Virus record (IMG/VR): IMGVR_UViG_3300025325_000107 | Span: 1 to 29,911 of that record | DNA from: a virus | Lineage: Duplodnaviria > Caudoviricetes | Strand: one strand, 5' to 3' | Length of the DNA: 29,911 bases | In this document: positions 9,106-17,548 of the stretch, one piece after another | How positions within the stretch are numbered: the first letter of the stretch is position 1 | How the letters are laid out: each line of letters starts with the position of its first letter | The notes under the pieces: model-generated | What the model saw: the letters and a program-made list of their open reading frames with translations, nothing else | The model's database searches: none | Told to the model about the DNA's origin: nothing | Translations under genes and position numbers: made by a program

Positions 9106-11069
9106 TAGCTCGGACTCCGTGACCCCACACGCCTTTGCAATGTGCGCCGCATTAGAATCACCCCGGCACCAGTCGAGGTGAGAGTTACCGGATAGCCGGT
9201 CAGACCATACACACCATTTGCCAAATTGAGCGCACGCGAGGTCAATAGTGAGTTTGGTTGACCTACGAGTGCATAAACACCTGGCTCTACGTTGAGCGCG
9301 CGCTCGGCTATCAGTTGCGCAATCTTTCCATCCAGCGTATACATTCCCAGGTTCACCGCGAGGGTCCGCGCGATGAGCAATGCGGCGTTCTGCCCGGCGA
9401 TAGTGTACGCGCCCGGCTCGGCGTTCATCGAGAATGCCCCAGGCGTCCCAATCGTGAATTCTGCCGCAAAGCCGGTGAGTCCATACGCGCCCAGGAGCGC
9501 GGCGAGTTGCTTGTCCTGCAACAACGTGGCAATCTTTCCATCCAGCACGTAACTCCCCGCGCTCGCGTTCGTCATTCGCGCGACGAGCAACTCAGCCAAC
9601 TGCCCGGCGAGACTATATACACCTGGGTCTTCAGATAACAACCGATCCGCGAGCGTTCCCGCCGCCGCGCCAGAGTCTACGTATGACCCCGCCGCGAGGT
9701 TAGCCATGTAGGTGCGGAGGAAGGTCGCGTCCTGTCCGCTAATGACGAACGATCCCGCCGCAACGTTAAGGTTGTAACCCTTTGACAGCGTTGCCGCCTG
9801 TCCAGTCTTGGTATATGCACCCGCCGCGAGGTTGAGCAAACTTGCTTTCAACGTGGTCGCCGCCACGCCGCCGAGTGCGAAACTGCCCGCGGCAATGTTG
9901 AGCGTGTAACCCGTTGATGCCAGCGCGACAGAGAACGCAATCAGGGCTCGCTCTTTCACGGTCGGTGATCCGCCCGCCTTCTGCCAGTCGAAATTAATTG
10001 CCCGCGCCGCTCCACTCGTCAGCGAGCGCAACGACATTAGGTGAAAAATGCCAAAGTTCGTGTTGGAATTATTTACATTGTCCGGCGCATCATCACCGTA
10101 GTTCGGGTCGCTGACCAATCCGCCGCCATCGGGATTGATTTGCAGGCGCGACACCACGCTGTCGGTCGTGAGGGGAGCGACCAGCGCGTTCGCCAGGATA
10201 ACCCAATTGCCCGTCGCGCTCGGATTAGGCGAGAGCGTCTCGACGGTCGTCCACGATGGCGATGTGGCAGGCGTTGATGTTCCAGCAGTGTACGCCGCCG
10301 CGCTTTGCGCGAACTTTGACAGGTTCAGCGCGAAAATCCGGGATGAGATAACCGACGTACTCGCCGCCGATTGCGTTTGCAACGTGAACGTGTGCGATGC
10401 GTTGGTTGGAACGAACGCAACCCAGTACCCCACTGAGAACTGGTCGTCGGTATCCTTTGACAATCGACTGTCTGCACCGTAGTAAGTCGGACCGACTGAG
10501 TCCTCGATACGCAGAGAATGCGCCACACTCGCTGCACCGACGACGCTGACCGCGTGGCCGATGAGCAGCCAGCGATCCGACCCATTCGCCGTAAGTGTGA
10601 CCGTCGCACGATTGGTGTAAGTCGCCGCATCAGCACCGTCTGTGGTGATTTCATTCCACTTAAAATCCGTGTTCTCAACGAAGTCATCGCTCAGCTTGAT
10701 GGCGATGATGCGCGAGAACTGGTGCGTCATTACATTTGTGCCGTCTGAATTGTTAAACTGCAACTTCACCAATTCGGTCGTGCCGGGCTGCGTGAAGCGG
10801 TAGAGATATAATTGCGTCAACCGTACGTCCGTTGCCGTCATTTCCGTTGCCGAGACCGCATCGGTAAATTCGGTCGGTGTCGTGCCATGCACCAAGCGCG
10901 TGCCCGCCAACTGGGTTGATGTGCCTTTCATACTGATTATGGCAACGATGAGATATTCCTTGTTCGCGGTGAAACTACCCGCCGCGATGGTCGCGCCATC
11001 AACCCAGGTCGCGCTATTCGCTGTGTTCTCGGTTACGTTGACATTATCAAGGACTTGAGCATCAGCCAT
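9105..11069 (-). CDS. Large virion fibre/decoration-like protein with about eleven 22-aa repeats
   Basis: Thr/Ala-rich beta N-terminal region; C-terminal repeats of the form LNxxAGxYxLxGxxAxL. Confidence 0.7.
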   Translation of the reverse strand: MADAQVLDNVNVTENTANSATWVDGATIAAGSFTANKEYLIVAIISMKGTSTQLAGTRLVHGTTPTEFTDAVSATEMTATDVRLTQLYLYRFTQPGTTELVKLQFNNSDGTNVMTHQFSRIIAIKLSDDFVENTDFKWNEITTDGADAATYTNRATVTLTANGSDRWLLIGHAVSVVGAASVAHSLRIEDSVGPTYYGADSRLSKDTDDQFSVGYWVAFVPTNASHTFTLQTQSAASTSVISSRIFALNLSKFAQSAAAYTAGTSTPATSPSWTTVETLSPNPSATGNWVILANALVAPLTTDSVVSRLQINPDGGGLVSDPNYGDDAPDNVNNSNTNFGIFHLMSLRSLTSGAARAINFDWQKAGGSPTVKERALIAFSVALASTGYTLNIAAGSFALGGVAATTLKASLLNLAAGAYTKTGQAATLSKGYNLNVAAGSFVISGQDATFLRTYMANLAAGSYVDSGAAAGTLADRLLSEDPGVYSLAGQLAELLVARMTNASAGSYVLDGKIATLLQDKQLAALLGAYGLTGFAAEFTIGTPGAFSMNAEPGAYTIAGQNAALLIARTLAVNLGMYTLDGKIAQLIAERALNVEPGVYALVGQPNSLLTSRALNLANGVYGLTGYPVTLTSTGAGVILMRRTLQRRVGSRSPS

Positions 11070-11264
11070 CTAAACTGATGGACCTAATCCGGTGATTTCC
11101 GTTTTGAGCGGAATCGGGTCAATGAGCATTTCGTAATGCTTGCGTTGGCAGACCTGGCATTGCCGCACGGTCATCGTTGCACCTTGCACCTTGTCTTCAC
11201 GCTGCTCGATCACCGCGAGGTTATCGGGATTCTTGCAACACTCATTGACTTCGCTCATTTCCAT
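11070..11264 (-). CDS. Small Cys-rich (CC...CxxCxxxH) protein
   Basis: AGGGAG RBS; fills the gap between neighbours exactly. Confidence 0.7.
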   Translation of the reverse strand: MEMSEVNECCKNPDNLAVIEQREDKVQGATMTVRQCQVCQRKHYEMLIDPIPLKTEITGLGPSV

Positions 11265-11270
11265 CTCCCT

Positions 11271-11753
11271 TTATGCCAGGGTGAAGATCGTCCCAGGATT
11301 CGTATTGTTGAACTTGGCGGTAAATGTCTCGCCGTTATTGAGCGTGACCGTCGAGCCGTAGTCCCACCACGCGATCACTGGCCGTGTGCCCGCCGCGCCA
11401 GCGGTGATATTGTAGAGAACTACATAGCGGAAATTTGCCATCGCCGCCGGTCCCGCGGTCCACACCACCTGATTTGCGGCGAGCGTATACGTGCCGCCAG
11501 ATTGCGAGTTGGTCGTGATGGTTACGCTCTCGCCATCTTCAGTATAGCCGTTGCCGGACGCAATTTCATTAATGTTGGAAGTGGCGATTAACTGATTAGG
11601 TGATGGAGTCGTATTCACATCGGCATCAGCGGCGTTGGGCGGTGTGGGTGCGCCGGGAACGAACAGCGACAGTTTGAGTGTATTGGTTGAGAGGTTGTGT
11701 ACGCCATTCGCCAAATCCTCGACGAACTGGTTAAATTTATTGTAGGTTGCCAT
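11271..11753 (-). CDS. Virion structural protein (MATYNKFNQFVEDLANGVHNL type)
   Basis: AAGGAG RBS; GNGYT and DYGS...LNNGETF motifs typical of small phage structural proteins. Confidence 0.75.
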   Translation of the reverse strand: MATYNKFNQFVEDLANGVHNLSTNTLKLSLFVPGAPTPPNAADADVNTTPSPNQLIATSNINEIASGNGYTEDGESVTITTNSQSGGTYTLAANQVVWTAGPAAMANFRYVVLYNITAGAAGTRPVIAWWDYGSTVTLNNGETFTAKFNNTNPGTIFTLA

Positions 11754-11759
11754 TGGTGA

Positions 11760-12038
11760 TTACTCCTTCTCTAACTTTTGCAGTAGAGTCTGTGCGCCGG
11801 CGATTGCAAGCCACCATTCCCAATGATTGATAATAACTGCGCCCAGCAAAGCCAGCCAAAATCCGATGCACAACGGACATTGGACTCCGCGCGCGACCCA
11901 GTGCGATTGCTCGAAATGCGCGAACTTGCCAATGACCCAACCGCGCGATCGCGCAAACACGTCGAACAATCCGTCTTCGAGCGCGATCATTCGCGCCACG
12001 CGATACACCGCGAGCGCGGCGATGATGAACTCTATCAC
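11760..12038 (-). CDS. DUF1360-like small membrane protein
   Basis: LAVYRVARMI..EDG.F and CPLCIGFW motifs with hydrophobic segments; GTGA-coupled to the glycosyltransferase. Confidence 0.7.
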   Translation of the reverse strand: MIEFIIAALAVYRVARMIALEDGLFDVFARSRGWVIGKFAHFEQSHWVARGVQCPLCIGFWLALLGAVIINHWEWWLAIAGAQTLLQKLEKE

Positions 12039-14779
12039 GCCGCAACCTTTTTTCGCGCGCGTATCGCCGTGACTTTTTCCTTGACGATCTCAGGCGGCGG
12101 AGTCGGCGCGAGCGGAACTGGCATCACCGGCGGAGCGACCTGCACCCGCCGCCACATCCCAGTCGATTCGAGAATCGTCACATCCTCCGGCAGCGCGTCC
12201 ACGAATTTGAACTCGGCCATCAGTCCACCAGAATATGGATGTTTATTGGCGTAATACGTTACGGGCGCGGCGCGCGTGCCGATGAACTGCATCCGCACAA
12301 AACCATTTTTCTGTGCCTGGGACGCGGACACGCTCGCGCTCACCGCCTGGATCGAATTGCGCGCCTTGACGTTTCCGCCACAACAGGGAGTCATAGCCTT
12401 CTTTCCTCCGATGAAATCCTGATAACGGGACTTTATTTCCTTGACCAGTTCCGCGTGGCTCGGGCGCGCCTTGATGCTCCGCCGCCCGGCGAAATGACGA
12501 TAGGTGACGAGAATTCGGTTGAGCGGCGTACCGCAGAATCCCTGCGTACCACAGCGCAAAAAGAAATCCCAATCCTCGAAGCCGATCATGGTCTCGTCGA
12601 ACTGAATCGCGCGTGCGTCTTCTGTTGCAATCAGCACGCTGACGATGTGCTGCCCGCGCTTGAACCACGCGTGCGCGTCGTACTCCGGCGCGTCGAAATC
12701 CTGGGTCGTGCCGTCGGGCTTGACAACGTGCCAACCCGAGTAAACGTAACTCGTTTTGTTCTTGGCATATTCGGCGAGCATCAGCGTCAGCGCATCTGGA
12801 TTGAGAATATCATCCGCATCGAGGAAAAAGACGAACGGCGCGCGAGCATATTTCAATCCGAGGTTACGCGCGCCGCCTGCGCCCAATTTCTTCGGCGCGG
12901 CAACGATGCGCGCGTACGGCGCGCCGGGGATTCGCTCGACCTCCTCACCGCTATCATTGACCACAATCGCTTCCCAATTCTGGAACGTCTGTGCGACGAG
13001 CGAATCGAGCGCATCAATCACGTAACGTGTGTGACCTTCGCCGAGCGGAATAATAACCGAAATCAGAGGATTCTCGCGATGGTAGACCTTCGGGCTTTCG
13101 ACGGGCGCGGCGAACGGGATTGCGATATTACTGGGAATCCCCAACTGATTCGCGCGCAGTCGTTGCATCCCATCTTGGGCATTGTGCGCAGTCGCCCAGG
13201 GGAAATCCGCCGTCCAATCACCGTCAATATCTGGATAGGTTTTTCGCTCTGTTGCGCTCTTACCATCTGCGCGGAATCGCCATAGAATCGTTGTCTCTTC
13301 CGTGACTTTCATCGCGCGAAATCCGAACGAGGTCGCGCGACACCATAACTCCGAATCTTCGGCGCGCCACATCCGCTCGCGGTAGCCGCCGACCTGGGTC
13401 AGAACCTCACGACGTAGCATCGCGGCGTAGTGTAGCTGATTCAGGTGCGCCATTTGCGCGAGATAGTTGAAATGAACTGGGAAGGGATTCTTTTGCCGCG
13501 TCTGTCCATCCTCGGAAATCAGGTCGAGCGAGCCGTAGGCGATGTGCAAATTCGGATCGCGGTCGAGCGCGTCGGTCAAGAGCCTGAGCGCGTCGAGCGG
13601 TAACTGGTCGTCCGCATCGAGGTGGATGATGTATTTGCCGTTCGAGTTAGCGAATCCATAGTTGCGTGCGCGCGAGAGTTTCAGATTTTCGTCAGAGCGC
13701 AAGGAAATAAATCGTTTGTCCTTCCGCGCCCATTCCTTCGCAACCTTCGGCGTCTCATCCGCGCTCGCATCGTCCACCATGAGACATTCCCAATCCGTGA
13801 ACGATTGCGCCGCAACGGAAGTCAGTGCATCCGGGAGATATTTGGCGAGGTTGTGGCAAGTGACGATAATCGAGACCTGGGGCTTAACGCGAAATCCGCG
13901 TAGAACCTCGGCATAGAGCATCGCGTACTGCTCGATCTTATCGCGCCACTGCCAGCGCGCTTCTACGTCCGCGCGCGCGTTCTCGGATAGCCGCTTGCGC
14001 TCGGCGAAACATTTGCGAACGCAATCCGCCAGCGCGTCGTAGTCTCCATAGTCCGCGAGATAGCCGGTCTCACCCTCGCGAATGATTTCGCGCTGACCGC
14101 CGTACCGCCAACCAGCAACAGGAACGCCGCTGGCTAATGCCTCCAGCGTGCCGATGCCGAACGTTTCCCGCGCGGTCGCGAGATAAACGCCGGCGTTTTG
14201 GACGTAAGGTTTCATTTGCGAGTACGGCAAGCGTCCGATGGTCTTGACGTTCGCGAAGGACTTGTTGCCGAGCGTCGAAAAGAACTGCACATCGGTCGTT
14301 CTCTCCGCGAGGTGAAACATCTCGTTCGGATCGCTCACCGCATCGTAACGCGGTTTGTTCCATAGAACGTAGCCGCCGTGATCCTGGGTCGGCTGCCACT
14401 CGGAAACCTCGACGCCGTGATGGATCGTTCGCACATCCTTGAGAATCCCACGGGAATACGCTAGTCTGACCCATTCGCTCGGCACGGTCACAGCGTCCGC
14501 GCAGACCAGCGTATCGATAACGTGCCGATTCCAATTCTCTTCGCTGTTCCACCACTTGTAATCCGACCAGTACATCCCGTGTGAGTGGGAAACGAACGGC
14601 GCGCCGGGTTTCAGCGGTCGCAATGTGCCATGTCCCGCCGTAATCTCGGCCTGCGCGATATCATCGACCAGCTCGACTCCAAACTCCAACAGGTATCTCT
14701 GCTGCGCCTCGACCACACGGCGGATTCCGCCATCGCCCGTGTCCTCTTTCGTGAAATGCGGTTCGAGAAAAAGTTTCAC
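12035..14779 (-). CDS. Multidomain glycosyltransferase: GT4 (GT-B) + GT2 + GT2 + C-terminal CCGG domain
   Basis: ETFGIGTLEALASGVPV (GT4); VSIIVTCHN...VDDAS...HLDADD and ISVIIP...VNDS...FLDADD (two GT2 domains). Confidence 0.92.
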   Translation of the reverse strand: MKLFLEPHFTKEDTGDGGIRRVVEAQQRYLLEFGVELVDDIAQAEITAGHGTLRPLKPGAPFVSHSHGMYWSDYKWWNSEENWNRHVIDTLVCADAVTVPSEWVRLAYSRGILKDVRTIHHGVEVSEWQPTQDHGGYVLWNKPRYDAVSDPNEMFHLAERTTDVQFFSTLGNKSFANVKTIGRLPYSQMKPYVQNAGVYLATARETFGIGTLEALASGVPVAGWRYGGQREIIREGETGYLADYGDYDALADCVRKCFAERKRLSENARADVEARWQWRDKIEQYAMLYAEVLRGFRVKPQVSIIVTCHNLAKYLPDALTSVAAQSFTDWECLMVDDASADETPKVAKEWARKDKRFISLRSDENLKLSRARNYGFANSNGKYIIHLDADDQLPLDALRLLTDALDRDPNLHIAYGSLDLISEDGQTRQKNPFPVHFNYLAQMAHLNQLHYAAMLRREVLTQVGGYRERMWRAEDSELWCRATSFGFRAMKVTEETTILWRFRADGKSATERKTYPDIDGDWTADFPWATAHNAQDGMQRLRANQLGIPSNIAIPFAAPVESPKVYHRENPLISVIIPLGEGHTRYVIDALDSLVAQTFQNWEAIVVNDSGEEVERIPGAPYARIVAAPKKLGAGGARNLGLKYARAPFVFFLDADDILNPDALTLMLAEYAKNKTSYVYSGWHVVKPDGTTQDFDAPEYDAHAWFKRGQHIVSVLIATEDARAIQFDETMIGFEDWDFFLRCGTQGFCGTPLNRILVTYRHFAGRRSIKARPSHAELVKEIKSRYQDFIGGKKAMTPCCGGNVKARNSIQAVSASVSASQAQKNGFVRMQFIGTRAAPVTYYANKHPYSGGLMAEFKFVDALPEDVTILESTGMWRRVQVAPPVMPVPLAPTPPPEIVKEKVTAIRARKKVAA

Positions 14780-15312
14780 AGTCTGATTGCCTCACAGCCG
14801 ATTACTGGATAGTCATGCTGAACAATTTCCCTGAATTCAATTCCGTTCCAGCCCTGCCCCAACAATTCAATGAAACTCTCACGCGTGAAACCATTCAGGT
14901 GTGGATTGCGCTCGCTCCCGTAGATATAGCGCATACATTTTACTGAATCGCTTTGGGCAAATTGTCTCACAGTCATTTCGATGTCCGGGAAATCAATCAG
15001 TAATCTCCCGCCTGGAACTAGAACTCGTCTGGCTTCCGAGACAATTCGCCGCGCGGTTTCTGGTGTAAAATGCTCGATGGCCTGAATCATCACGATTTCT
15101 TCTACATCCAGCCACGGCCATGGAAACCGAGTTACGTCAACTTGTTCATCAATGAAATTTGTTTTCGGAAATCCGATAATGCGGTTCTGGTAATAGTGTG
15201 CCAAGTCAGTCGGATAATAATCTATGACGTTGCCATTCACGATACAGCCCACTCGATCTACATTGACGTAACCGAGTAGGTATACATCACCGCAACATAG
15301 ATGCAGTTTCAT
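14776..15312 (-). CDS. Class I SAM-dependent methyltransferase
   Basis: LHLCCG...GYVNVD, IEHF and RRVLVPGGRL motifs. Confidence 0.85.
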   Translation of the reverse strand: MKLHLCCGDVYLLGYVNVDRVGCIVNGNVIDYYPTDLAHYYQNRIIGFPKTNFIDEQVDVTRFPWPWLDVEEIVMIQAIEHFTPETARRIVSEARRVLVPGGRLLIDFPDIEMTVRQFAQSDSVKCMRYIYGSERNPHLNGFTRESFIELLGQGWNGIEFREIVQHDYPVIGCEAIRL

Positions 15313-16031
15313 AATCGCGAGCGAGCGACTTTCGTCAGTTCATCCGTGCGCCAGATTCCGAAATGCCAGATCGGTTCGCGAAACTCGCCGGCGTCTTGAC
15401 CGAAACGCATCGGTACGGCAATCGTTGGACCGTCCTTCATCCGAAATCGCTCACCTGCAATCATCTCCGCGTGTCCCAACTCATTCGCGCGCGCCGGTTT
15501 TTCCAAGTCTCCATACGTATCCCAGAATCGCCGATGATACAGATGAAATCCGACGCTACAAATGTAGGAATCCTTGCTGCGGGCTTTGTCGATACGCCAC
15601 CAATGCATCCCGTCACATTTTACCAAGTCCGCGCTCGTTTCTGGGTCTTCTCCCAAGCTTCCCCAGAATGCCAACCGCGAGAATCGCACGCATCCTATTT
15701 CGGGATGGGTCAGTAGCAAATCTACATCGGGTGTAATGTCGAATGGAAAACGCGGACACATATCATCGACCGCCATAACCCAGATTTCGCCACCATGATG
15801 CGCGCAGGAATTTATCATCCAGGACGGATTGCCCACGGTCTCAATCGTCAATTCCTGCCCGTCCGCAATCTTCTGAAAATACTGAAAGTCGTTCGGATTG
15901 CTTCCACCATCCGCGATGTGGAATTTCACCTTGCCCGCATACTGAATTTGTTTGCACGCGCTCAGCGTCATGGCAGCATACCAGGGACGGCGGCAGGTCA
16001 GAATGCAAATCGTCAAGTCAGGATAGATCAT
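15309..16031 (-). CDS. GT-A/GT2-like glycosyltransferase (240 aa; start corrected to ATG 16031)
   Basis: ICILTCRR, HIADGGS and AVDD motifs; ATGA overlap with the upstream methyltransferase stop. Confidence 0.78.
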   Translation of the reverse strand: MIYPDLTICILTCRRPWYAAMTLSACKQIQYAGKVKFHIADGGSNPNDFQYFQKIADGQELTIETVGNPSWMINSCAHHGGEIWVMAVDDMCPRFPFDITPDVDLLLTHPEIGCVRFSRLAFWGSLGEDPETSADLVKCDGMHWWRIDKARSKDSYICSVGFHLYHRRFWDTYGDLEKPARANELGHAEMIAGERFRMKDGPTIAVPMRFGQDAGEFREPIWHFGIWRTDELTKVARSRL

Positions 16032-16597
16032 ACCTCGCGCCGAAAAATCTGCAAATTCTTTTCGAGCCAATGGGTCGCCATGTGCGTATGTGTCCACATC
16101 TCGACCAGTCTCAGCGTTTCCGCCTGCGCGTACCGCAGACCGCGTGATAACATTCGCTCGCGCCAGTATTCCGGCTCCTGGCAGTTGTAGTGATTGTATC
16201 CGACCTGGCCAGGAATCGCGGCGGTGAGAATGAGCCTCCCACCTAACTTGACGTGCTTCGCCAGCGTATCGCAAAACACGTTCGCGAACTCGGGTTGAAT
16301 GTGTTCCGCAACTTCAATCGATGTAACCAAATCGAACTGCCAACCCCAATCGAACGGATAGCTCAAATCGTGTTGACGAATCCATTCCGAATCGTTCGGC
16401 AACAGGTCGACCCCGTGCGCCTTGATGCCGAGCTGCCGTGCGAGCCTGACCATCGCGCCTGTCCCACAACCCACGTCGAGGTAGGAAACTGGCTCGCCGA
16501 ACGCGGCGAACACCGCCATAATCGCGAGGCGGTTGCCGCCATCGAATTCCTTCAGACCCTCAAGCCAGGTCTGTTGCTCTAGCGTAGTTTCCAACAT
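16028..16597 (-). CDS. Class I SAM-dependent methyltransferase
   Basis: YLDVGCGTG, FDLVTSIEVAEHI and PGQ.GYNH.NCQ...YW motifs. Confidence 0.9.
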   Translation of the reverse strand: MLETTLEQQTWLEGLKEFDGGNRLAIMAVFAAFGEPVSYLDVGCGTGAMVRLARQLGIKAHGVDLLPNDSEWIRQHDLSYPFDWGWQFDLVTSIEVAEHIQPEFANVFCDTLAKHVKLGGRLILTAAIPGQVGYNHYNCQEPEYWRERMLSRGLRYAQAETLRLVEMWTHTHMATHWLEKNLQIFRREV

Positions 16598-17489
16598 GCC
16601 ATTCCCAGGTATGCCTCAATCCATTTTCGAGGCGCGTTAGCGGCTGCCAACCGGTGCGCTGGATGCGATGCGTTTCGAGGACGCTGTGCTGTGCTTCGCC
16701 GACCTTACTTGCGCGATGCAGAAACTCATTCGGCTTGCCCGCGATCTGCGCCAATATCTCGCACACTCGATTGACGCTCGTTCCCTTCCCAGTCCCGCAA
16801 TTGAATGTTCCGTGCATCTTCAATCCACCGACATTTAAGTTTGCCCGTGCGATGTCTTTGACGAAGATGAAATCGCGCGTCTGTTCGCCATCGCCATTGA
16901 TGGCAAAGTCTGACTCCTCACCGTTCAGGAACCGGATACAGTGAGGAATGAGTTGGTTCTCGCCAACCGGGGCTTGGCGCGGACCGTAGACATTGCCATA
17001 ACGCAGGATGGTATAGCTGACTCCGGAATTCTTGATGTACATTTCTGCGGCTAGTTTCGCGATGCCGTAAGGCAGGTTCGGTCGATAGTCTCCATCGTCC
17101 TCGAAGAAAGGCGGGCGAGCATCTGGTGCATAGACCGCGCTGGTTGAGGCGAAGACCAAGTGCGCGCCGAGTTTCTTCGCCAGCATGATCATTCGCAGAG
17201 TTCCCAGGATATTGACTTCCGCATCGAACTCCGGGTCGTCGATGCTCCTACGCAGGCTAGGTTGCGCGGCTTGATGGAAGATGATGTCGATCTGGTGATC
17301 GCGCGCAAGGGTCGGCACATCTATCTCATCCAGAATTGAGGCACAGTAGAACTGTGTCGCGGCGGGAACGTTCTCGCGATAACCGTTGGATAGATCGTCG
17401 ACGACGATAACCTTATGCCCCGCGCGCAAAAGCTCATCCGCGATGTGCGAGCCGATAAAGCCCGCGCCGCCTGTGACCAGTGTATTCAT
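16560..17489 (-). CDS. NAD-dependent nucleotide-sugar epimerase/dehydratase (GalE-like SDR); start corrected to ATG 17489
   Basis: TGGAGFIGS, YGIAK, RYGNVYGP and RDFIFVKD motifs; GGAGAG RBS. Confidence 0.93.
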   Translation of the reverse strand: MNTLVTGGAGFIGSHIADELLRAGHKVIVVDDLSNGYRENVPAATQFYCASILDEIDVPTLARDHQIDIIFHQAAQPSLRRSIDDPEFDAEVNILGTLRMIMLAKKLGAHLVFASTSAVYAPDARPPFFEDDGDYRPNLPYGIAKLAAEMYIKNSGVSYTILRYGNVYGPRQAPVGENQLIPHCIRFLNGEESDFAINGDGEQTRDFIFVKDIARANLNVGGLKMHGTFNCGTGKGTSVNRVCEILAQIAGKPNEFLHRASKVGEAQHSVLETHRIQRTGWQPLTRLENGLRHTWEWHVGNYARATDLA

Positions 17490-17499
17490 TTGCTCTCCG

Positions 17500-17532
17500 A
17501 TCCTGGGATGGTAACAGAACCCATCCCAGGAT
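17500..17532 (-). promoter_or_regulatory. Perfect 12-bp hairpin between capsid and epimerase genes, no U-tract
   Basis: ATCCTGGGATGG (17500-17511) pairs with CCATCCCAGGAT (17521-17532), abutting the epimerase RBS. Confidence 0.65.
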
Positions 17533-17548
17533 GACAAACTCAAAACCG

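Noticed and set aside
16032-16274. N-terminal extension of the 321-aa ORF
   Set aside because: Lies wholly inside the methyltransferase gene; the coupled ATG at 16031 is the better start.
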